Of a stretch of DNA of 64,000 bases, positions 12,566-22,092 are shown piece after piece. Numbering within the stretch: position 1 is the stretch's first letter; each line of letters begins with the position of its first letter. The notes under the pieces were generated by a model, which worked only from the letters and a program-made list of their open reading frames with translations, was not told where the DNA came from and searched no databases. The stretch is taken from contig JAPKAI010000004.1 of NCBI GenBank assembly GCA_028825335.1, forward strand, positions 1,614-65,613. The letters are read 5' to 3'. Made by a program: the position numbers and the translations under genes. This DNA is from Gammaproteobacteria bacterium. Lineage in GTDB: Bacteria > Pseudomonadota > Gammaproteobacteria > Pseudomonadales > Pseudohongiellaceae.

Positions 12566-13015
12566 ATGCAATTGGAAGACATACTCAGCCTTGAACGCTG
12601 CCACTGCCGAATTGAAGGCATGAGCAAGAAGAGAATACTAACCAAGGTTAGCGAGATCATTTCAGGAAATATTGACTCTTTGGAGGCTGCCGAAGTATTT
12701 GATGCGCTAATGGCTCGCGAACAGCTTGGTACGACTGGCCTGGGAAATGGCATAGCCATTCCTCATTGCCGCCTGGCTCCCTGCGAAAACATTATTGGGG
12801 CGTTGATCACCCTAGATCAGCCCGTTGACTTCGACTCTTTAGACAACAAACCAGTGGATATTCTGTTCGTCTTGCTAGTTCCCCACGAAAAGAACGATGA
12901 ACACGTACGCACTCTCGCCGGCCTAGCAACCTTATTTAATGATGAGGATTTTTGCTTCACTATACGACAAACACACGATAGCGAAGACTTGTACAATATA
13001 GCGATTACCTGCTGA
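12566..13015 (+). CDS. ptsN: PTS-Ntr enzyme IIA (PtsN)
   Basis: 149 aa from ATG 12566; phosphorylation-site context GNGIAIPHCRL. The track ORF's earlier start (12428) overlaps rpoN. Confidence 0.9.
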   Translation: MQLEDILSLERCHCRIEGMSKKRILTKVSEIISGNIDSLEAAEVFDALMAREQLGTTGLGNGIAIPHCRLAPCENIIGALITLDQPVDFDSLDNKPVDILFVLLVPHEKNDEHVRTLAGLATLFNDEDFCFTIRQTHDSEDLYNIAITC

Positions 13016-13080
13016 GAGCCTCTGCATTCAACTGAGGTTCCTCAGCAATACAACGCTTTAACCAAAACGGGGTAACCTTG

Positions 13081-13935
13081 ATGAAGCTAACCATAATCAG
13101 CGGCAGATCGGGCTCTGGAAAAAGCACAGTACTGCACATCCTTGAGGATCGCGGCTACTATTGCATCGACAATCTACCAGCTAGTTTGCTGCCAGCCCTC
13201 GCAGACCGCATCAGCCATGGCGATACCCACCTTCCCAATGTAGCCGTCAGTATTGACGCTAGAAATATCTCCGCTGACTTACAACAAGCGCCCGAAATAA
13301 TCAGTGAACTGCAGGCGAGAGAATTATTCACAGAGATAATATTCCTCGACGCCAACAGCCAAACCCTGCTGAAACGGTTCAGTGAGAGCCGCCGCAAACA
13401 CCCTTTAAGTAATGAGTCTACCGATCTGCGTGAAGCAATCGATATTGAATCAACATTATTGGAATCAATTTCCATGATGGCAAACCTCGTTATCGATACC
13501 AGTAATATGTCTCTTCATCAACTAAGAGACCTAGTGAAGAACCGACTGTTGGAGAGCAGCGAAACCAACATGGCATTGCTGTTCGAATCCTTCGGATTTA
13601 AAAATGGCGTCCCCGTAGATGCTGATTTAGTCTACGATGTTCGTTGCCTACCCAACCCTTATTGGGACACAGCACTCCGATCACTGACTGGACTTGACGC
13701 CGATGTTGCTAAATTTCTAGACTCGCAAGATGAGGTCCAGGAAATGGTCGATGACATAAGAGCTTACTTAGAGAAATGGCTGCCAAGGTATGAAAGCAAT
13801 AATCGCAGTTATATCACCGTTGCTGTAGGCTGCACAGGAGGCCAACATCGTTCCGTATACATTGGCGAGAAGTTGGGACAGTACTTTTCATCCAAAATCA
13901 AGAACGTGCAAACACGTCATCGCGATCTCGGTTGA
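13081..13935 (+). CDS. rapZ: RNase adapter / nucleotide-binding protein RapZ (YhbJ)
   Basis: P-loop GRSGSGKS at the N-terminus and a CTGGQHRSV C-terminal motif. Confidence 0.9.
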   Translation: MKLTIISGRSGSGKSTVLHILEDRGYYCIDNLPASLLPALADRISHGDTHLPNVAVSIDARNISADLQQAPEIISELQARELFTEIIFLDANSQTLLKRFSESRRKHPLSNESTDLREAIDIESTLLESISMMANLVIDTSNMSLHQLRDLVKNRLLESSETNMALLFESFGFKNGVPVDADLVYDVRCLPNPYWDTALRSLTGLDADVAKFLDSQDEVQEMVDDIRAYLEKWLPRYESNNRSYITVAVGCTGGQHRSVYIGEKLGQYFSSKIKNVQTRHRDLG

Positions 13936-13974
13936 TAAAGGCAACAGCCTAGGCGACTCAATTCAAAACAAGAC

Positions 13975-14241
13975 ATGCTAAAAGAAACAACTACAATTAT
14001 TAACAAAGCCGGATTGCATGCACGAGCCGCAGCCAAGTTAGTTGAACTAACTGGTGGCCTAGAGAGCGCGATTCAGATCGGCCATGACAAAATGGTCGAT
14101 GGCAAGAGCATCCTCTCGCTGATGATGCTAGCTGCCGTTCAAGGCACCGAGGTCTCGATCGAGGTCGACGGCCCAGATGAAGAGCAAGCCATGTCAGCCA
14201 TACTCGCCCTGATCCAAAATCGTTTTGACGAATCCGAATAG
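13975..14241 (+). CDS. ptsO: HPr-like phosphocarrier protein NPr
   Basis: 88 aa; GLHARAAAKLV active-site His context. Follows rapZ as in enterics and pseudomonads. Confidence 0.85.
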   Translation: MLKETTTIINKAGLHARAAAKLVELTGGLESAIQIGHDKMVDGKSILSLMMLAAVQGTEVSIEVDGPDEEQAMSAILALIQNRFDESE

Positions 14242-14467
14242 CAATCCAACCCCACTCCTAAACTCTTCTCTATCGCCCCTGCATCCTTAGAAACCATAGA
14301 CAGAGCCCTTCTTCCAAGCTTGTTTAAGTTCTATTAAGTGGCGTTTGGCTGTAGAATTGCGCAATCCCGCGTTGGTGCTAGCGACGCCCGCCACTATCGC
14401 TTGCCATTCGGGCCGGATTCGCACTCACTTAGCGAAGCTCAAACTAAGCATAAAGCCAAGCAACACC

Positions 14468-15826
14468 ATGTCTCAAGCCAAGGAATCTCAATCTCAGGAA
14501 ACTGTCGCACTTGAACTCAATCAAGCGCTGGACAGTGGCTCTCTGTATGAGGTTCGGCAACTCCTAAAATTGCTGCCCAGCGCTGGCATTGCCCATCTTC
14601 TCGAATCTTCTCCCCCGAAGACACGTAACGCCCTCTGGCAGTTAATCGACAAAGACGCCGAAGGTGAAGTCCTGCAGGAATTGAACGAGGACCTGCAGTC
14701 CGAGTTTCTTAGCGAACTAGATGCCCAACAAGTTCTAAAACTTACCGAAGGTTTAGAAACTGACGATCTGGCTGACATTCTGCAGCAGCTGCCTGACCAA
14801 GTGACGGTAGAAGTATTACGAGCGATGGATGAACAGGACCGACAGCGTGTCGAATCTATTCTATCCTTCAATGAAGACACGGCAGGCGGCTTGATGAACA
14901 CGGATACAATTACCGTGCGCCGTAGCCACACTCTGGAACTCGTACTGCGTTATCTAAGACGCCACGAAAGCCTCCCAGAGATGACAGACAATATTCTTGT
15001 TGTAGACCGTGAGGACAAGTTCTTAGGCATATTGCCGCTGCGAAGACTTTTAGTATCAGACCCGAATACAACTGTTAGAGACATAATGCGCGAAGATATA
15101 GATGCTATACCAGTTGATATGGGCGCAGCTCAAGTCGCGCTATTATTCGAGCAACACGACTGGGTGTCAGCGCCAGTTGTTGACTCCGATGGCAAGCTTG
15201 TCGGCCGCATTACCATCGACGACGTTGTAGATGTCATAAGGGATAACGCCGAACACTCATTGATGAGCATGGCTGGACTCGATGAAGAAGATGATAGCTT
15301 TGCCCCTATCCTGAAAACCGCGAGACGCCGCGCCCTTTGGCTCGGTGTGAATCTAATGACGGCTGTATTAGCCTCCGGTGTAATCTTTCTCTTCCAGGAC
15401 ACTCTAGATCAGGTCGTCTATCTCGCCGTACTCATGCCCATCGTTGCCAATATGGGTGGCGTAGCTGGCACACAGACGCTTACGCTAGTTATCAGAAGCC
15501 TAGCTCTTGGGCACATCAGTCAGTCTAATAGTCGCTGGTTATTAGTGAGAGAGCTTGGTGTGGCCGGCTTGAATGGGGCGGCATGGGCTGTTGTTATTGC
15601 AGCAATCACCTTCGCCTGGTACTCAGATTTACCACTGAGCTTAATAATAGCGGCGGCCATGATGATAAATCTCGTAGTAGCAGCTCTCGCCGGCGCCTAT
15701 CTTCCACTATTCCTAAATCACATCAAGATCGATCCAGCCCTTGCTGGATCTGTCGCACTAACCACGGTAACCGACTCAGTTGGTTTCTTCGTGTTCCTCG
15801 GTTTAGCTCAACTTTTTTACTTATAG
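14468..15826 (+). CDS. mgtE: Magnesium transporter MgtE
   Basis: N-domain, CBS pair and C-terminal 5-TM domain (..PIVANMGGVAGTQTLT.. ..TVTDSVGFFVFLG..). Start set at ATG 14468; the track start (14345) is a TTG. Confidence 0.9.
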   Translation: MSQAKESQSQETVALELNQALDSGSLYEVRQLLKLLPSAGIAHLLESSPPKTRNALWQLIDKDAEGEVLQELNEDLQSEFLSELDAQQVLKLTEGLETDDLADILQQLPDQVTVEVLRAMDEQDRQRVESILSFNEDTAGGLMNTDTITVRRSHTLELVLRYLRRHESLPEMTDNILVVDREDKFLGILPLRRLLVSDPNTTVRDIMREDIDAIPVDMGAAQVALLFEQHDWVSAPVVDSDGKLVGRITIDDVVDVIRDNAEHSLMSMAGLDEEDDSFAPILKTARRRALWLGVNLMTAVLASGVIFLFQDTLDQVVYLAVLMPIVANMGGVAGTQTLTLVIRSLALGHISQSNSRWLLVRELGVAGLNGAAWAVVIAAITFAWYSDLPLSLIIAAAMMINLVVAALAGAYLPLFLNHIKIDPALAGSVALTTVTDSVGFFVFLGLAQLFYL

Positions 15827-15831
15827 AAACT

Positions 15832-16335
15832 ATGAAATACGAACCTGATACAGAGTTAGAACCACCAAGTAAGACACGGCTCAAGCAAGGCGCTACCGAT
15901 TTACAACAACTCGGGCAGAAGTTGACCACCTATAGCTGCGCCGTCTTAAGAAAGCTATCTCTGAATGAGGTATTGATATCTGCCCTCGAAGAATACAATC
16001 GACTGCCCAATAGCCATGGAGCACGACGTCGTCAGCTACAATTCATCGGTAAGCTGATGCGTGACCTCGACTACGATGCTGTAATAAAAAGCATAAACGA
16101 CTTGGAAAGTGGCCACCTAAGGAAGAAAAAGAAGCCGTCCGCGGCTAAACTATTGTGTGAGGCAATATTGGAATCTGGCGATGCAGAAATCAATGCGGCG
16201 CTGGAACAATATCCTCAACTAAGCCGGCAGACCATGCGCCAGCTCTATCGCGAATACAATCGCGCCGCAGAAACGAGTCGTGGCAAGTTCAAGACCAAAC
16301 TACAAAATTATCTGCAGAAGCAGGTTAGTAGCTAG
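15832..16335 (+). CDS. yjgA: Ribosome-associated protein YjgA/DarP (DUF615)
   Basis: From ATG 15832 (MKYEPDTELEPPSKTRLKQ..). RRRQLQFIGKLMRD matches E. coli YjgA RRRQLQLIGKMLRQ. The upstream part of track ORF 15583-16335 overlaps mgtE and is discarded. Confidence 0.8.
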   Translation: MKYEPDTELEPPSKTRLKQGATDLQQLGQKLTTYSCAVLRKLSLNEVLISALEEYNRLPNSHGARRRQLQFIGKLMRDLDYDAVIKSINDLESGHLRKKKKPSAAKLLCEAILESGDAEINAALEQYPQLSRQTMRQLYREYNRAAETSRGKFKTKLQNYLQKQVSS

Positions 16336-16487
16336 ATCCAGCACGGCGATTCGAGCGTAAAAAAACATCATTTTACCTAGACTAGGGGTGCCTATACGGT
16401 ATCCCCATTAGATGATAAACTCGTTGCAAATTAATAGGCTACGCGATCTCCCCTTGAGAGCCCTAGCACTACAATAATAAGAAGAGG

Positions 16488-16787
16488 ATGCCCATGTCTG
16501 ACTCCCGCGCCAATTCCTACTGGAAAGCTAATATTCGCTTAGTACTCTCCCTGCTCTCTGTCTGGTTCTTCATTTCTTTCGGCTGCGGGATTCTATTTGT
16601 CGATGCGCTAGATACGATTCGATTCGGCGGCTTTAAACTCGGCTTCTGGATCGCGCAGCAAGGTTCGATCTTCGTCTTCGTGGCGCTAATACTTATCTAC
16701 ATTCGGGCAATGGATAAGCTAGACAGCAAGTACGATCTTGATGCTTCAGCTGAGGGCGCGAAACCGGCTCAGGAGGAATCACAATGA
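16488..16787 (+). CDS. DUF4212 small membrane subunit of a sodium:solute symporter
   Basis: 99 aa with two TM helices. Stop overlaps the start of the downstream symporter (ATGA at 16784-16787), which is the typical arrangement for DUF4212/VC_2705-type pairs. Confidence 0.75.
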   Translation: MPMSDSRANSYWKANIRLVLSLLSVWFFISFGCGILFVDALDTIRFGGFKLGFWIAQQGSIFVFVALILIYIRAMDKLDSKYDLDASAEGAKPAQEESQ

Positions 16788-18472
16788 GCGTACAAGTATG
16801 GACTTACCTTTTCGTCTTTCTTTCTTTCTCTCTCTATATTGGCATCGCTATCTGGTCTCGTGCCGGTTCCACTAAGGAATTCTATATTGCTGGAGGCGGA
16901 GTTACGCCTCTCGCAAATGGTATGGCGACAGCCGCAGACTGGATGTCGGCCGCGTCCTTTATCTCCATGGCAGGACTCATTTCCTTCCTAGGCAGAGATG
17001 GCACGTTCTACCTAATGGGCTGGACTGGCGGCTATGTGTTACTCGCCCTTCTCTTAGCACCGTATTTGAGAAAGTTTGGCAAATTTACCGTGCCGGATTT
17101 TATCGGAGATCGCTACTACTCACAGACTGCCAGACTTATAGCCGTATTCTGCGCTATCTCTGTCTCCTTCGTTTATGTTTGCGGCCAAATGCAGGGCGCA
17201 GGTATTGTGTTCTCTCGCTTCCTTGAAGTCGACTTCACGACTGGCGTGCTAATCGGCATGGCAATCGTATTCTTCTACGCCGTATTGGGTGGTATGAAGG
17301 GAATAACTTACACTCAGGTTGCTCAGTACTGCGTTTTGATCTTCGCCTTCATGGTCCCGGCGATATTCATCTCCATTATGATGACCGGCCAACCCATACC
17401 GCAGATCGGCTTTGGCTCTGAACTCACTGAGGCCTACGGCGGCGGTTACCTGCTGGATAGACTCGATGGCCTTAGCGAACAGCTTGGGTTTGCAACCTAC
17501 ACCGAAGGCCAGCGCAGCACCCAAGACGTATTCTTCATAACTGCTGCATTGATGTTCGGCACTGCTGGTCTGCCCCACGTCATCATTCGCTTCTTCACCG
17601 TACCTAGCGTGAGAGATGCCCGAAAGTCGGCTGGCTATGCACTAGTCTTTATCGCAATCCTCTATACGACTGCACCCGCAGTAGCCGCCTTCGCTCGCAC
17701 CAATCTCATCAATACAGTGAGCAATGCCGAATACGCCGCAGTACCGGAATGGTTCAGTAAATGGGAAGATACCGGACTAATCACCTTCGATGACAAGAAC
17801 AACGATGGCATCATTCAATATGTAGGTGATCCTGAGACTAATGAGTTAAATGTAAATAGAGACATCATGGTACTCGCCAATCCCGAGATTGCGGAGCTGC
17901 CCGCCTGGGTGATAGCGCTAGTAGTTGCAGGAGCGCTCGCCGCCGCTTTGTCGACGGCAGCAGGCTTACTCCTGGTAATCTCGACCTCGATTGCGCATGA
18001 CATGCTGAAACGAACCTTCATGCCCGATATTACCGAGAAACAAGAACTCGCCTGTGCGCGTGGATCGATCTTCGTGGCCGTGCTAATTGCCGGTTACTAC
18101 GGGATCAATGCGCCCGCCTATGTGGCACAGGTAGTCGCCTTCGCGTTTGGGCTTGCTGCAGCGTCATTCTTCCCTGCCATCGTCCTAGGTATTTTTCAGA
18201 AGCGTATGAATAAGGAAGGGGCTATCGCCGGAATGGTAGTCGGTTTTACTTTTACCGCGGCTTATATTATCTACTTCAAGATTATCAACCCAGCTGCAGA
18301 CAGTGCTGATAATTGGTTCTTTGGGATATCCCCAGAAGGAATAGGCTCTCTCGGAACATTGGCAAATCTAGTAGTAGCGCTGACCATAGCTAAGTTCACT
18401 CCAGCCCCTCCTGCGGCAGTACAGGAAATCGTAGAGAATATCCGCCTGCCAGGTGAGCCGACTCCTCGCTAG
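16784..18472 (+). CDS. Sodium:solute symporter (SSS family, VC_2705/ActP-like subfamily)
   Basis: 562 aa polytopic SSF protein, translationally coupled to the DUF4212 partner. Confidence 0.85.
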   Translation: MSVQVWTYLFVFLSFSLYIGIAIWSRAGSTKEFYIAGGGVTPLANGMATAADWMSAASFISMAGLISFLGRDGTFYLMGWTGGYVLLALLLAPYLRKFGKFTVPDFIGDRYYSQTARLIAVFCAISVSFVYVCGQMQGAGIVFSRFLEVDFTTGVLIGMAIVFFYAVLGGMKGITYTQVAQYCVLIFAFMVPAIFISIMMTGQPIPQIGFGSELTEAYGGGYLLDRLDGLSEQLGFATYTEGQRSTQDVFFITAALMFGTAGLPHVIIRFFTVPSVRDARKSAGYALVFIAILYTTAPAVAAFARTNLINTVSNAEYAAVPEWFSKWEDTGLITFDDKNNDGIIQYVGDPETNELNVNRDIMVLANPEIAELPAWVIALVVAGALAAALSTAAGLLLVISTSIAHDMLKRTFMPDITEKQELACARGSIFVAVLIAGYYGINAPAYVAQVVAFAFGLAAASFFPAIVLGIFQKRMNKEGAIAGMVVGFTFTAAYIIYFKIINPAADSADNWFFGISPEGIGSLGTLANLVVALTIAKFTPAPPAAVQEIVENIRLPGEPTPR

Positions 18473-18500
18473 AAATAATTCGTAGATAGCAGTAACAAAT

Positions 18501-18530
18501 AAGGCCCAGAGTGCTGACACTCTGGGCCTT
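18501..18530. terminator. Bidirectional rho-independent terminator between convergent transporter genes
   Basis: Perfect 13 bp stem AAGGCCCAGAGTG / CACTCTGGGCCTT with loop CTGA, flanked by A/T runs. Confidence 0.8.
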
Positions 18531-18552
18531 ATTTAATGAGGTGTTCTAGTCC

Positions 18553-20226
18553 TTACGTCTTATGCTTACCGTGCTCGGTTTCTTCCCAGTACTTCTTCAC
18601 GGTCTGCTTCATCTCTTTGTGCATGAACAACATGCCTATCAGATTCGGCACCGTCATCAATACGATCGTGATAAGTGCTATGTTCCACACGATGGTCGTA
18701 TCCGCCAGCGCTGCATAGAAAAAGCCCATTACGTATACCACACGATACGGCAGTACCGATTTCGGCCCTAGCAGGTAAGTCATGGCCCGATCTCCGTAAT
18801 ACGACCAGGCAATCGCTGTCGAGAACGCAAACAGCATAAGACCGATAGAAACAATATATTTACCGAAATCCCCAAACAGGCCTTTCGTATAGGCCATCGT
18901 CGTTAGCGGAACAGAATGCAGTAACGACTTGCCGGACACCTCCACTGCCGTATCATCCAGCCTGCCTTCGGACACAGAGACTTCGCCAGTGATAGGCTCT
19001 CCATCTCTAGAATAGAGGACATCCTCGGCAAAGGATCTTGAATTCAACAGCGTGAAGTCTTGATTACTGTCGGCGACGCGACCCTCCAATAGAGAAATAT
19101 CGCCAGAGAAACTACTCGCTCTAGATTCATTACCATTGAGGAAGGAAAAGAGCTGAGTCGCATCCTCTGCATTCGATTCCTCAAAGGTGCCAGCTACGAA
19201 CCTCATATCTGCGCGTTGAAACTCGTTTTCGAATTTTTCCTTCCATACACCAGATGAAAGAATCACAAGTCCGGTGATCGTGCAGATGACGATCGTATCG
19301 ATGAAAGGCTCAAGGATGGACACCATACCTTCATCAGCTGGCTCATCAGTTTTAGCAGCGGCGTGAGCGATAGGAGCAGACCCCTGACCAGCCTCATTGG
19401 AGTACAAGCCTCTGTTTACACCTCGGTCGAATGCATAGGCGAACGTGGCACCAAGAAAGCCACCGACAGCCGCAGAGCCAGTAAACGCGTCAGAAAAGAT
19501 AGACACAAATGAGGGAATTACATTCCCCATGTTTGGCAAGATTACTGCGAATGCACCTACAAGATAGATGATCGCCATGGCGGGCACGATAGTGGCGGCA
19601 ACTTTTGCAATTCGGCTAATGCCACCAATAATCACAAGAGCCAACAATACTGACAATACGCTAGCGGTAATAATAGGCTCAAGAGCGAACGTGCTCTCTA
19701 GGCCAGCGGCGATGCTATTAATCTGTGGCAGGTTGCCAGTTCCAAATGAACTCAACACCGTAGCGATCGCGAACAGGATCGCTAACCACTTCGCATTTAG
19801 ACCCTTCTCCATGTAGTACATCGGACCACCCGCCATGGTGCCATCAGCGGTCTTGGTGCGATACTTGTGAGAGAGAGTTACCTCTACAAACTTGCTGGTC
19901 ATTCCGAAGAATGCGGTCATCCACATCCAGAACAACGCTGCGGGGCCACCAAGATGCAAGGCCAAAGCCACGCCTCCGATATTGCCGGTTCCGACAGTAC
20001 CGGATAGCGCCGTTGCTAACGCCTGGAAATGGGTCGTGTCACCCTGCGCTCCATCCTTATCAAACTTGCCCGTAGTTATACCGATGGCGTGCTTAAAATA
20101 GCGTATCTGAGGAAACCCCAGATAGATTGTAAAGAAGATTCCGGTGGAGAGAAGCAAGGCTGGAAACCAAAGTGCGCTCCCTAGATAGCCGTCTATAAAA
20201 ATCAGAAAATCATTAACCGCGTCCAA
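18553..20226 (-). CDS. Sodium:alanine (amino acid) symporter, AGCS family, with an enlarged hydrophilic loop
   Basis: 557 aa; the N-terminal half (..[22 protein letters not shown]..) is classic AGCS. TTG start. Confidence 0.85.
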   Translation of the reverse strand: MDAVNDFLIFIDGYLGSALWFPALLLSTGIFFTIYLGFPQIRYFKHAIGITTGKFDKDGAQGDTTHFQALATALSGTVGTGNIGGVALALHLGGPAALFWMWMTAFFGMTSKFVEVTLSHKYRTKTADGTMAGGPMYYMEKGLNAKWLAILFAIATVLSSFGTGNLPQINSIAAGLESTFALEPIITASVLSVLLALVIIGGISRIAKVAATIVPAMAIIYLVGAFAVILPNMGNVIPSFVSIFSDAFTGSAAVGGFLGATFAYAFDRGVNRGLYSNEAGQGSAPIAHAAAKTDEPADEGMVSILEPFIDTIVICTITGLVILSSGVWKEKFENEFQRADMRFVAGTFEESNAEDATQLFSFLNGNESRASSFSGDISLLEGRVADSNQDFTLLNSRSFAEDVLYSRDGEPITGEVSVSEGRLDDTAVEVSGKSLLHSVPLTTMAYTKGLFGDFGKYIVSIGLMLFAFSTAIAWSYYGDRAMTYLLGPKSVLPYRVVYVMGFFYAALADTTIVWNIALITIVLMTVPNLIGMLFMHKEMKQTVKKYWEETEHGKHKT

Positions 20227-20284
20227 TGTAATACCCCACTAGTGCTATGTTCACTAAGTCTCAAAGCTGACTTTATTGCGACTA

Positions 20285-21106
20285 CTAATCGTCACTTATT
20301 GTAATCGTTGGACCCTCGCTATTAGAGGGCGCCGACGCTAGCAGCTGCTGCTCAACGTTTTTGGCCAATTCAATATAAGCCTTGGTGGCAGCGTGATCCG
20401 GTTTCGATGCTACCACAGGATTACCTGCGTCCGTTGTTTCTCTGATGGTTAAATCCAAAGGCAAACGACCTATAACCTCTACACCGTATTCGACCGATAG
20501 CGAGTCACCACCGCCAGTGCCGAAGATAGCCTCTTCATGCCCGCAATTAGTACAGGTATGCGTGCTCATATTCTCCACAACGCCCAATATAGGCACGTCT
20601 ACCTTCTTGAACATTTCGATTCCCTTGCGGGCGTCAGACAATGCTACATCCTGAGGCGTCGTGACGATAACTGCTCCACTCACCTTAATGGACTGCGCGA
20701 GACTCAGTTGGATATCACCGGTACCGGGCGGCATATCGACGATTAAATAATCCAGTTCAGACCAAGCCGTATCATTCAACATCTGGTTGAACGCAGAAAT
20801 AATCATTGGTGCCCGCCACACCATCGCTGTTTTCTGATCCACCAGGAATCCCATGGAATTACATTCTATGCCGTGAGCCAATAGCGGTAGCATGAATTTC
20901 TTATCATGAATTTTTGGTCTGGTGCCATCAGCAACGCCCATCATCAGAGGTAAGCTAGGCCCATAAATATCCGCATCCAAGATGCCAACTTTGCGCCCCA
21001 GATTAGACAGAGCCAACGCGAGATTCACAGCGGTTGTAGACTTTCCTACGCCACCCTTGCCTGAAGCCACACAAACAATGTAGTTTATCTTTTCAATACT
21101 TCTCAC
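20285..21106 (-). CDS. apbC: Fe-S cluster carrier ATPase ApbC/Mrp (short form without the N-terminal domain)
   Basis: 273 aa; deviant Walker A SGKGGVGKSTT, and CTNCGHE Cys pair. GTG start preceded by GAGGGAAG. Confidence 0.85.
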   Translation of the reverse strand: MRSIEKINYIVCVASGKGGVGKSTTAVNLALALSNLGRKVGILDADIYGPSLPLMMGVADGTRPKIHDKKFMLPLLAHGIECNSMGFLVDQKTAMVWRAPMIISAFNQMLNDTAWSELDYLIVDMPPGTGDIQLSLAQSIKVSGAVIVTTPQDVALSDARKGIEMFKKVDVPILGVVENMSTHTCTNCGHEEAIFGTGGGDSLSVEYGVEVIGRLPLDLTIRETTDAGNPVVASKPDHAATKAYIELAKNVEQQLLASAPSNSEGPTITISDD

Positions 21107-21413
21107 AAATCTTCCCTCTATTTCATCGATTACGATTGGTTACCGTGGCGTGCTATATATTCCATCGGCCATATCTGCGCTAGACCTAGAATCGATAGTC
21201 ACGATGACCCAGTTAAACTGCATCTGATTATCTTTGATTAACCTAGAAAAATCCAAGGATGCGGCAGTCCGCAGCGCACGCCAAGCCGATTATGCTTGTT
21301 TAGTTGATAATTTCTTCATTTAAAGAACATCTTCAGCAAATTTCGACGAGAAGACAGCAATCTGTGCAAATTGGGAATGACAGCCTAGCGACTTGACCGC
21401 TAGAATTGAGAAC

Positions 21414-21956
21414 ATGCAAAAAACACTCACACTCCTCTCATTCTTCATGTTCGTCGGCGCTGCGGCCCTACCTTTTTATGCAGCAGCTGAGCAGCAGGAA
21501 GAGACTGAGATCAAATTCGCGTTCTATTCCTCTGCCTGGGGAGAAAATACCGATGACGGCTTGCGCCTTGTCGCGTTCAATCAATCCCAGGCCCCAATTC
21601 GCCTAAACAGCATTGAATTACACGGCAGCGAGGAGGCAACAGAGTCTATCCTTATCGACGTAGACTTAGAGGTTCCTTCCGAAGGCTATGCCGATAAAGA
21701 GTTCGATTATCTGGACCTACTCTCAGACGATGAATGTATCGATCGAACTATGCTAGATAATTGGAAGCTCGTAGAAATATCGAACTACACATTAAACCCA
21801 TCGGTGCGAAACCTCATTATCGAGAACACGGATTCGTTTCGGATCTATCAATGCGTAAAGACTATCTCCACCTCGTGGACCGACCTCGATAGCAATCAGC
21901 TAGTCGAATACGACGAATGGGTCCTGTTCCATTTCGAAACTCGCAGAGACTTATAA
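21414..21956 (+). CDS. Hypothetical exported protein
   Basis: ATG 21414 gives signal peptide MQKTLTLLSFFMFVGAAALPFYAAAEQQ. No recognisable motif. Confidence 0.5.
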   Translation: MQKTLTLLSFFMFVGAAALPFYAAAEQQEETEIKFAFYSSAWGENTDDGLRLVAFNQSQAPIRLNSIELHGSEEATESILIDVDLEVPSEGYADKEFDYLDLLSDDECIDRTMLDNWKLVEISNYTLNPSVRNLIIENTDSFRIYQCVKTISTSWTDLDSNQLVEYDEWVLFHFETRRDL

Positions 21957-21992
21957 CTACAACAGACAAAAAATAATGGAGATCTCTAAACG

Positions 21993-22030
21993 AAAAAACC
22001 CCACTTAAATAAGCGGGGTTTTTTGTGGGG
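21993..22030. terminator. Bidirectional terminator (hypothetical gene / hppA)
   Basis: AAAAAACCCCAC-ttaaataa-GCGGGGTTTTTTGTGGGG. On the minus strand CCCCGC/GTGGGG pair and are followed by a T6 run. Confidence 0.6.
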
Positions 22031-22092
22031 CTTGCTGAGAACTGTTTTACACAGACTTCAGAAACCCTTTTGTTCGAACGCTTTTATTCTTC

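Noticed and set aside
14242-14467. Possible Mg2+ riboswitch (M-box) in the 225-nt mgtE leader
   Set aside because: I cannot identify M-box conserved helices or motifs by eye. This would need a covariance-model scan.
15583-15831. Upstream extension of the yjgA ORF (250-aa version)
   Set aside because: It overlaps the 3' end of mgtE out of frame. YjgA homology starts at MKYEPD.. (ATG 15832), right after the mgtE stop.
21107-21190. ApbC as an N-terminally truncated pseudogene
   Set aside because: An in-frame TAA lies 11 codons upstream, the GTG has a good GAGGGAAG SD, and the upstream frames show no Mrp N-domain-like sequence. Short ApbC forms are known.
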